Shown here one piece after another: positions 27,501 through 34,326 of a stretch of DNA of 34,368 nt. The translations under genes and the position numbers were made by a program. The stretch is taken from contig JANNWY010000029.1 of NCBI GenBank assembly GCA_031409335.1, positions 1-34,368 on the forward strand, given 5' to 3'. How positions within the stretch are numbered: the first letter of the stretch is position 1; the number at the start of each line of letters is the position of its first letter. The notes beneath the pieces are model-generated. The model saw only the letters and a list, made by a program, of their open reading frames with translations, did not search any database and was not told the origin of the DNA. The stretch comes from Chthoniobacteraceae bacterium (GTDB taxonomy: Bacteria; Verrucomicrobiota; Verrucomicrobiia; Chthoniobacterales; Chthoniobacteraceae).

Positions 27501-28413
27501 TGTGCTTCCGCATCCAGCGGAAATGCTGCTTCACAGCGGCATAATTTCTCGAGGAAAAAAGATACGCGGGCGCGCCGCCGCCCGTCACCACATCCGCGGC
27601 GCGGGCGAGCGTGGCCGGGTCGTATTCCGTGAGGTCCGGTCACATACCGATCGTGAAATTCTCCGGGATCATCGTGCTGGTCCTGGACCAGTGCCTCCAG
27701 CCTCCGTTGTCAGCGAGATCGTTCGGCGTGCCAAACCAACCCTGATAGCCGGCCATGACCTTGCCCTTCAACGTGGTCGTCTCGACATAGTCCTTCGCCG
27801 GGCCAGTGTAGCGCGTCTGCCAGGCGCGGGTGATGACGAGTTGGAAATCCGGATCGGCGAAAGGTGTATCCGAGAGCGTGATCCTCTGCACCGAGACATA
27901 CACCCCGCCGGGATCGCCGCACGTGAGGCGGAAGTCCGAGCTGCCGTTCTGGCGCTTGTTGAAGAGCACATCCGGCAGCTCGAAGTAGCAATCGACAAAC
28001 CGCCCCGAACCCACGCGCGAGGTGCGCGTGTGGAGAGCCGAAGTCTTATAGATGGCCGTCTGCGCATCGTATTCCAGATTGAGCTTACCGCCGCCCTCGT
28101 CGTCGTAATACGTGGCGCGAACATAGAGGGTCTGCCCCACCGTGAAGCTGAAGGAATTCGGCCGCCGGCCATAGAGGAAGTTGGCGGTGCCCGTGTTCTG
28201 CCACACCGGCTGCCCGGCCACGGTCACCTGGGTGTAGAGGCCATCCGCCGTCGAGACCGGCGTGAGATCCACTTCCGCGCTGCGAGTCGCGCCGAGAAAT
28301 CCAACGGCCACGGCGCAAGCCGCGATCCAGCGCCAAACTAAGCAGAGCGCAGGAGGCCGCCCGCTCGGCAGTTGGTAGTGCATCGGATGAGAGGCGATTT
28401 TGAAGAAATTCAT
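24541..28413 (-). pseudogene. GH71/GH99-like glycoside hydrolase + duplicated beta-sandwich + PATR + Ig + conserved C-terminal domain (~1290 codons), with an in-frame TGA at 27640-27642
   Basis: ORFs 27640-28413 and 24541-27591 are in the same frame: GKVMAGYQGWF..WRHW..FTIGM*PDLTEYDP..HFRWMRKHNIDGAWLQRF..EYDVSG..WPGFSWANL..MFDEYDEATA. The stop replaces the Trp expected in the D-x-W-P-D motif. Ends SRFLRVIVTR. Confidence 0.82.
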
Positions 28414-28537
28414 GTGCTTAATTTTGCCTACGGACGAGCCGATATTCCTTCCGCCGAACCAGTGTTTTCGCCAACGGTTTTCTTGCCCTCGGTCGAGCCG
28501 GGCGTGATTAGAACCGAGTCCAAATCCGGGGCGCAGC

Positions 28538-28695
28538 CACCGCGCCTTCGGCGGGCTGAACTTGGAATTTGGAACTTTGAAGATCCATGCAACCCCTGCT
28601 GCGAAAATCGGCGTCGGGTGCGACCCTCGGGATGTCGGCTCACGTTCGGAGTTCCGAGTTCCAAGTTAAGATTTCAGCCCGCCGCAGGCGCGGTG
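28538..28695. repeat. Long inverted repeat containing heptamer arrays (MITE-like or structured element)
   Basis: Left arm caccgcgccttcggcgggctgaa-cttggaa-tttggaa-ctttgaa (28538-28581); right arm (28645-28695) reverse-complements to caccgcgcctgcggcgggctgaa-atcttaa-cttggaa-ctcggaa-ctccgaa; 63-nt spacer. Confidence 0.8.
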
Positions 28696-28727
28696 ACACT
28701 CACCGGACGCGCTTTTCACCGCTCTCC

Positions 28728-28741
28728 GTGCAGCGCTGCAC
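28728..28741. promoter_or_regulatory. Perfect 14-bp palindrome GTGCAGCGCTGCAC, possible LacI-family operator
   Basis: Perfect dyad with an AGCGCT core and TG..CA ends, as in many LacI operators; ~315 bp upstream of the first gene of the array. Confidence 0.35.
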
Positions 28742-28897
28742 CTGACTGCAAGTCTAGCCATCGGGGTCATTCCATCCGGTCAAGACCATTAGCGTAGGAA
28801 CGGGCGGCGCACCGCTCGCAACCTCCGTGTGAAGCTAAGGCGACGTGACGGCATTCAGCAGGGTCAAAAGCAGGATTTTCATGGCTCCGTTGTCATT

Positions 28898-29404
28898 TCA
28901 CCAATACTTCGGCCAGCGGGTTTCACGCGTGGCGTTGTGAAAGACGGGCACCACGAGCACGAGCATCACTGCCCCGGCAAGTGTGGGGAACAGCGCGAAG
29001 TCCCACGCCGGCTTCATCAGAAAGACAATCACCGGATTCGAGCCTGCGGGCGGATGCACCGTGCGCGTGAGCATCATCACCGCGATGGCACAGCCGACCG
29101 CCAGCGCCACGCTCCACCAGTGCGCGCCGCACAGATGGACAAAGACGAGTCCGATGAGCGTGCTGAGCAGATGGCCGAGCACGACATTGCGCGGCTGACT
29201 GAATGGCACCTCAGGAAATCCAAACACGAGCACACAGCTCGCGCCGAACGACCCCAGCACGAGTGCGACATGCAATCTCTCCGCCAGCAGCGCAATCACA
29301 GCGATGGCGAGAAAGCCGCCGAGCAAGGCGAGCGCGATGGTTTTGTCCGGAGCACGGGGCGGCAGGGCGGCGGAATCGCCCCGGAGTTTGGCGAGGAGGT
29401 TCAT
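28898..29404 (-). CDS. HPP family membrane protein, 168 aa
   Basis: Start MNLLAKLRG at 29404; LGSFGASCVLVFG.P..PFSQPRNV..GH; TVHPPAGSNP; ends WPKYW; multiple TM helices. Confidence 0.92.
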   Translation of the reverse strand: MNLLAKLRGDSAALPPRAPDKTIALALLGGFLAIAVIALLAERLHVALVLGSFGASCVLVFGFPEVPFSQPRNVVLGHLLSTLIGLVFVHLCGAHWWSVALAVGCAIAVMMLTRTVHPPAGSNPVIVFLMKPAWDFALFPTLAGAVMLVLVVPVFHNATRETRWPKYW

Positions 29405-29465
29405 GGCGTTGGAAGTCTGAGTCGGGATTCGAGTTCGGCAATGCGGTCCGCCGTATGACAGCAGT

Positions 29466-32400
29466 TCACTTTGCTCGTTTGAGACTGGAACCAGACGGCC
29501 ACGGCACTGCGTTGAATTCATACGCGCCGCGATCAGGCTTCGCGTGTTCCGTCCCCGCGCGCGGCGCAGTGGCCGCGCTCTTTTTCGCCGCAGGCTGCGC
29601 GTCCGCCTTCCACGCTTTCAACTCCACGTCCACTGCCTGCGCGGCTTTCGCAGCATCGAGCGGCGTAGCGGACGAGTGGAGCAGGATGCCGAACTTCATC
29701 CGCAGCGACTCGCCCGCCGGAATTGTGAACGGCGTGGACGGCACGTCCTTCGCTCCGGGTGGCGGGCCGGTGGGATTCATCGCGAGGAAGCCGTAGTCGC
29801 GGGCGTGCGACCAGACGGGGCGCGTGTTGTCCGCCGCGGCAAGCGCGAGGATCCCCGCGTGCTTTCCACCGAGCGTGCCGCTGTAGTCCCACCACGTGCC
29901 GATGCGGCCCCAGTTGCCTGCTTCGTTTTTACCGCCGTGACTGCTGACGATGCTGCCGCTGCCGCCTTTCACGACGAGCGGCGTCGCGATGCGGAAGCCA
30001 AGACCCATCTCGTGTTGCGGGCCGAAGACGAGCGGGCCGTCGGCGCGGCGCAGCGTGGTGCTCCACATCAGCAGCGTGCCGGGCAGCGCGGGCTTCAGCG
30101 TTTCACCGGCGACGAAGCAAAACTCATTCACGCCGCGACAGATTTCGGTGCCATCGGGCGCGAGATATTTTTCCTCCGCGGCAAAGGACAATCGCCCGCC
30201 TTCGACGCGCGGCTCGCGCACCATGCGCCCATGCTCGATGCGGCCTTTGTTGCGCCAAAAGTCCACGCCATTGAGGTCGCCGAATGCGAGTGCGAGCCCC
30301 GGATGCAGCGTGTCGTGGTCCATCGCGTCCTGACCTTTCACGGGCGGAAAATTGCGCGTGACCTGCGTGCCGTCGGGCGCGCGCAGAATGGCGAAATACG
30401 GGCGCGGAATCGTCGCGTCGCGGAAGACATAGTCGCCGACCGCGCGGCCGCGCCACGAGATGGCGAGCGAGTCCGCGCGCGGCTCGGCGCGAAAGCCATC
30501 CGACGCTGGCGGCGCTGCGTTGGCGGACGGCGCACCCTTTTGCGAGAGCAGCCATGCCGTGACATCGGCCACCTCCTGCGCGCCGAGCAGCGCGCTGAAC
30601 GCTGGCATGGGCGAGACGGGCAGCGTCTCGTGCTTCGTGATGGTGTCGGCGGCCAGCTCCACGGCCTCGCCGCCGGCGAGGCCGAGCTTCAGCTTTTGGC
30701 CGGTCGAGAGCAACATGCCGAAGTAACTCTTGCCGCCGGCTTCGACGACATGCGCTGAGAATCCCTCGGTGATGACCGCGCTCGGTTCGAGCATGGCTTC
30801 CACGATGAATTTCGCATCGAGTCGCTCGCCAAGATGGGTGAGGTCGGGGCCGAAATTGATGCCGCGCTCGCCGACGCGATGGCAGCTCGCGCAGCCTGCA
30901 TTGAGAAAGAAGAGCGCCTCGCCGCGTCGCGGGTTCGCGGACGGCATCGCTGCGAGCGCTGCGTCCATGCTGGTCGCGGAGGCGGGTGGTTGCAGCGGCT
31001 TGGGCTGCACAATGACGAAGTAGTTTGCGAAGCCTCGGCCATTTCCAGCGGCGGTATTGCCACCGAGCACGACCTTGCCGGCGGGGAAATCCTTCGACCA
31101 CAAATGGAACGTGCTGTCGTCGGTGATGACGGGGTAGTCTGTGTCCGCGAAGGCGCGGAGCCACGGGGGGCGTCCCTTGATGCGCGTGTCGTGCGCCACG
31201 ATGACGGTGGACTCCAGCGCGAGGTCGAAGCTGAGAAAACTCTGGCCCTGCGAGTGGTCGTCCTCGTTCGCAGTGCGGATGATGAAGGCGTCGCGCAGGG
31301 CTTCCGGCACCTGCTTGAAAACATATTTGCGATCCGAGTAACTCGGCTGGCCTTTGCTCAGCGTGCCGGCGTGGTAGTTGCGTCCGCTCTCCGCCACGAT
31401 GTTCGTCGCGAGCGCGAAAGGCGGCGCAGCGGCGGGCTTCGCTTTCGGGCCGGGCCGCGTGCCGAGGCCGAGGCCGAGCGTCGCCACGCCGCGCACGCGT
31501 TCATCTTCATCGTGAACGAAAAGGTGCAGCTCCGCTTTCGTCATGGCCTGAAGATCGAGCAAGGCCAGCAAGGCCGCGCAACGCACGCCGCTGCGCTTGT
31601 CCGCGAGCAGGGGCCGCAGTTTTTCCGCGCCCGCGAGATCGCGCAGCGCGTGCCACGTGGCGTAGTAGGTAACGCGATCTTTTTCCACGGCGGCGTGGGC
31701 GATGAGCGGCGCAATGTGAGTCGCCAGCCAGCCTTGATGCACGGCCTGCACGGCGGCGAAACGCACGCGCGGTTCCGCACTACTCAACGCAGACGCGAGC
31801 ACGTTTCCGAGCGCAGCGGATTTTCGATGGCCGAAAATGCGGAGCGCCTGGAGCCGGGGATTCAGCGGCGAGGCCGCATCCGCCGCGATCCCGGCAAAGA
31901 ATTCGTCCTCCGCGCCTGCGCGCATCAGCGCCCACAGCGTCCACGTTTCCTGCGCCTGACTCAGCGTGCCGTTTTTCCATGCGGCGATGAGTTCCCCGTG
32001 CGCCGCCTTGCCGCGGCGCGCGATTTCATCCTGCGCATCAATGCGCCGCACGGGCAGCAGGCTGTCGAACTCCGCGAGCAATTGAGGCACGCTCATCGTG
32101 GCAACGGGAATGGCCGAGGGCGGCGGCAGCGGCTTCGCTCCCGTGGGCATGATGCGGTAGATGCGGCCCTCATTGCTCATCCTGCCGTCCTTGTCCCACT
32201 CCACGCCATAGCCGCGGCTCCAGCCGAGAATGTAGAGCGCACCATCGGCACCGAAGGCCATGTCCACCGGACGATACAGCGCGCGATCTTCCTTGGCCGA
32301 AATGAAGTCCTGCCACTTCCCGCCCGCCGGTTGCAGCAGCGCGCCTTTCCAGTCGGCGCGATAGAGTTGCGTGGACTTCAGCAGCCAGTCATTGATGAGC

Positions 32401-33446
32401 CACACGCCGCGATACGCCGCCGGCCATGCGGGCGAATCCGCATAGATCACGCCCGTGCCGCTGCCGGTGAAAACCGGCCCGGCGACCGGCGCAGTGGGCA
32501 GATGATTCTCGCCCGTCCAATGCGTGCTCCACGCGTGCGACCAGCCGAAGTCCGCGCTGAAAAACGGCATGAACAAACGGTCGCCTTCATTCTGATCCTG
32601 ATCCGTGCTCAGCCACTCAAAGCCATGATCAAACGCCAGCCCGTAGGGATTGCGCAGTCCGCGGGAAACGATCTCGAGATTCGCGCCGAGATCATCGCAT
32701 CGCAGCACGCCGCCTTTCTGGCCCCAGTCATCCGCTGGGTTCTGGTAAGTGCGCTGATACGTGTCGCGGGTGAAAGTTTTCGGCACAGGAAAATCGGGCG
32801 CACCCGCCGGGCCGGAAAATCCCGCCAGCTCCCGAAACGGCTTCGGCGCGATACGCTCCGGCTCGCCTTTCACCGCTTCCTTCATGGCGAGACCTTTGCT
32901 GTTCCCCTTCGTCATGTAGAGCCTGCCATCCGGTGCCCAGTTCAGGCCGTGCAGCGCGTGCTCAATGTTTCCGATGTCCGTGAAAACGCGCACATATTCA
33001 TCCGCCACATCATCGCCATCGGTATCGCGCACGATGGTGAGGTCGGGCGCATTCGCCACCCACAAATCGCGCCCATGCCACGCGAGTCCCTGCACGCAAT
33101 TGAAGCCGGTGGCGAACGTGTGCGTCTTGTCCGCCACGCCATCGCCATCCGTGTCCTGCACCATGACCACGCTGTCCGGCGGCGTCTGCGGCGTGGGATT
33201 CCGATACTGCGGCCCCATCCCGACGAACATCCGCCCACGCGCATCGAACGCGATGGAACATGGCTGCCGCACCAGCGGCTCCCGCGCAAACATCGTCACG
33301 CCGAATCCCTCTGGCACCCGGGGCAGTGCGTCGAGGTTCGCAGCGTCATCGAAGTTCCAATCCGTGCGCGGCTTGGCCGGAGTCGTCTGCGCATGGGCGT
33401 GCAGGCAGAGGAGCAACGAGGCGAGTAAGCGCGATTGGATTTTCAT
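29466..33446 (-). CDS. PVC-type heme-binding CxxCH protein (dehydrogenase-like beta-propeller + HEAT repeats + jelly-roll + cytochrome c) fused to a PmoA-like/DUF6807 domain, 1326 aa
   Basis: Signal peptide; VPEGF..FAREP..P..IAFDARGR; DTDGDGVAD; HGLNWAPDGRLY; GLRNPYG; RPVDMAFGADGALY; HEAT-like helices; RGEALF..CASCH (30879-30893)..GPDLT..PSAVI.EGF..SPMP; PRPYF..DH..HPGL..W..RDYGF..NP. Confidence 0.88.
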   Translation of the reverse strand: MKIQSRLLASLLLCLHAHAQTTPAKPRTDWNFDDAANLDALPRVPEGFGVTMFAREPLVRQPCSIAFDARGRMFVGMGPQYRNPTPQTPPDSVVMVQDTDGDGVADKTHTFATGFNCVQGLAWHGRDLWVANAPDLTIVRDTDGDDVADEYVRVFTDIGNIEHALHGLNWAPDGRLYMTKGNSKGLAMKEAVKGEPERIAPKPFRELAGFSGPAGAPDFPVPKTFTRDTYQRTYQNPADDWGQKGGVLRCDDLGANLEIVSRGLRNPYGLAFDHGFEWLSTDQDQNEGDRLFMPFFSADFGWSHAWSTHWTGENHLPTAPVAGPVFTGSGTGVIYADSPAWPAAYRGVWLINDWLLKSTQLYRADWKGALLQPAGGKWQDFISAKEDRALYRPVDMAFGADGALYILGWSRGYGVEWDKDGRMSNEGRIYRIMPTGAKPLPPPSAIPVATMSVPQLLAEFDSLLPVRRIDAQDEIARRGKAAHGELIAAWKNGTLSQAQETWTLWALMRAGAEDEFFAGIAADAASPLNPRLQALRIFGHRKSAALGNVLASALSSAEPRVRFAAVQAVHQGWLATHIAPLIAHAAVEKDRVTYYATWHALRDLAGAEKLRPLLADKRSGVRCAALLALLDLQAMTKAELHLFVHDEDERVRGVATLGLGLGTRPGPKAKPAAAPPFALATNIVAESGRNYHAGTLSKGQPSYSDRKYVFKQVPEALRDAFIIRTANEDDHSQGQSFLSFDLALESTVIVAHDTRIKGRPPWLRAFADTDYPVITDDSTFHLWSKDFPAGKVVLGGNTAAGNGRGFANYFVIVQPKPLQPPASATSMDAALAAMPSANPRRGEALFFLNAGCASCHRVGERGINFGPDLTHLGERLDAKFIVEAMLEPSAVITEGFSAHVVEAGGKSYFGMLLSTGQKLKLGLAGGEAVELAADTITKHETLPVSPMPAFSALLGAQEVADVTAWLLSQKGAPSANAAPPASDGFRAEPRADSLAISWRGRAVGDYVFRDATIPRPYFAILRAPDGTQVTRNFPPVKGQDAMDHDTLHPGLALAFGDLNGVDFWRNKGRIEHGRMVREPRVEGGRLSFAAEEKYLAPDGTEICRGVNEFCFVAGETLKPALPGTLLMWSTTLRRADGPLVFGPQHEMGLGFRIATPLVVKGGSGSIVSSHGGKNEAGNWGRIGTWWDYSGTLGGKHAGILALAAADNTRPVWSHARDYGFLAMNPTGPPPGAKDVPSTPFTIPAGESLRMKFGILLHSSATPLDAAKAAQAVDVELKAWKADAQPAAKKSAATAPRAGTEHAKPDRGAYEFNAVPWPSGSSLKRAK

Positions 33447-33488
33447 AAGCGGAAAAGTGAGCGGGCGTTGCCACCGAGGATTTTTTGC

Positions 33489-33551
33489 TCATCGGCGGCG
33501 GAGAGCGAGGAAACTCGCGCCCAGTGCGGTAAGCGACGACAACGTTTGGCT
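33489..33551 (-). pseudogene. Possible PEP-CTERM-like tail remnant (hydrophobic segment + RRR-stop)
   Basis: SQTLSSLTALGASFLALRRR* resembles the TM + basic end of PEP-CTERM signals, but the VPEP motif and any upstream body are absent. Confidence 0.3.
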
Positions 33552-33651
33552 ATCAATCAACTGGTAAAGGATGCCCGTGAGCTTACGCACCTGAAGAGGC
33601 GCTGAAAATCGCCAAAATGATTCGACGATTCGCAGGGATGAACCGACGCCC

Positions 33652-33695
33652 AGCCTCAAAGGGGCACCACCAGCCAGGCCAAGGACGCGCCTGGG
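33652..33695 (+). repeat. Degenerate copy of the left end of the REP-like element at 34173
   Basis: agcctcaaaggggc..ccagccaggccaaggacgcgcctggg vs agccccaaaggggc..gccagcccagggcaacgccctggg (34173-34217), in direct orientation. Confidence 0.5.
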
Positions 33696-33738
33696 AATGC
33701 TTCCAGCCGGGGGAGTTCGAGTGTCAGAGTTCACTCAG

Positions 33739-33766
33739 TTCGCAAATCGAAATTCGGCATTCGCTT
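33739..33766. repeat. Short heptamer tandem array
   Basis: ttcgcaa-atcgaaa-ttcggca-ttcgctt immediately downstream of the hsdR remnant stop. Confidence 0.5.
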
Positions 33767-33846
33767 CTCCCTCACACCCACTCCGCGCACAGCAGCTCCG
33801 CCTGCGCGAGGACGGTCTTCACGGCCTCCTCCTGCAAAGTCCGGTG

Positions 33847-33927
33847 AGCCAAAGGAGCAGGGCGACTGAGACAGGCAATGCGCAGCATTGGGCGCAGCCC
33901 GACCGAGCGGCGGCAGCGAGGAAGCCA
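33847..33927. mobile_element. ~80-bp palindromic insertion in hsdR (miniature intragenic element)
   Basis: 27 foreign codons (WLPRCRR..PAPLA) split the GY|PPDLQ motif. Internal hairpin caatgc-gca-gcattg; AGCCAA direct repeats at 33847-33852 and 33923-33928. Confidence 0.55.
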
Positions 33928-34039
33928 ATAGCCGTGTTTGTTCAGGATGCGTTTCACCATCACCTTGATTTTCGCACGGGCGCTTTCGCGGAGGGTCCAG
34001 TCGATGGTCACGCTCTTCTTCACTTGGGTGACTTGGAAA

Positions 34040-34108
34040 AGTGCGAATGCAGAAGTGCGAATTACGAAGTTCCGGCCATTCGACATTCCGAATTCGCCAT
34101 TCGACATT
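34040..34108. repeat. Inverted pair of heptamer arrays (hairpin)
   Basis: 34040-34069 reverse-complements to ttcgtaa-ttcgcac-ttctgca-ttcgcac; 34078-34108 reads attcgac-attccga-attcgcc-attcgac; short spacer between them. Confidence 0.65.
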
Positions 34109-34172
34109 TGCCCCGGTCTTTGGCGAGTTGGATCAGTTCTTCGATGAACTGCATCGTCGAGATGGCGCGCTC

Positions 34173-34326
34173 AGCCCCAAAGGGGCGAGAGATGCCAGCC
34201 CAGGGCAACGCCCTGGGTTCGATCGTCAAAAACATCCCAAGCCCTGAAGCGGCGAGACACCGGTTGTGCCGCCATTTCATGGCTTGATCCAATGGGGACG
34301 CATACCCAGGGCGTTGCCCTGAGGCT
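34173..34326. repeat. Composite REP-like / non-autonomous palindromic element (CCCAGGGCAACGCCCTGGG type)
   Basis: agcccagggcaacgccctggg (34197-34217) is inverted against cccagggcgttgccctgaggct (34305-34326). Internal hairpin agccctgaagcggcgagaca / tgtgccgccatttcatggct (34240-34284); left gcccc-aaa-ggggc hairpin. Confidence 0.7.

Larger units (their letters stand above)
33772..34170 (-). pseudogene. hsdR: Type I restriction enzyme R subunit C-terminal (DUF3387-like) remnant, disrupted
   Basis: RAISTMQFIEELIQLAKD ... VTQVKKSVTIDWTLRESARAKIKVMVKRILNKHGY [insertion] LQEEAVKTVLAQAELLCAEWV* is the typical HsdR end. The middle segment is replaced by a heptamer hairpin and the 5' part is missing. 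Confidence 0.85.

Noticed and set aside
27640..27642. TGA read as Trp or Sec (alternative genetic code)
   Set aside because: Most genes here terminate at TGA right at their expected ends and Trp is otherwise TGG. The position expects Trp, not Cys. A single nonsense mutation or base error is simpler.
28372..28797. Small ORFs in the 28414-28897 gap (141 aa plus strand, 78 aa minus strand)
   Set aside because: They run through the inverted heptamer element, have no recognisable motifs, and their composition is explained by the repeats.
29600..30500. Particulate methane monooxygenase (pmoA)
   Set aside because: The domain is a soluble beta-rich 'PmoA-like' family module with no TM helices and no pmoB/pmoC, so it is not evidence of methanotrophy.
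30834..33428. 864-aa plus-strand ORF, and similar long antisense ORFs (2803-4482, 17455-19710, 19926-22016, 24577-26040, 27016-28341)
   Set aside because: They lie exactly antisense to well-supported minus-strand genes, are Arg/Ala/Gly-rich with no motifs, and are expected shadows of high-GC codon usage.
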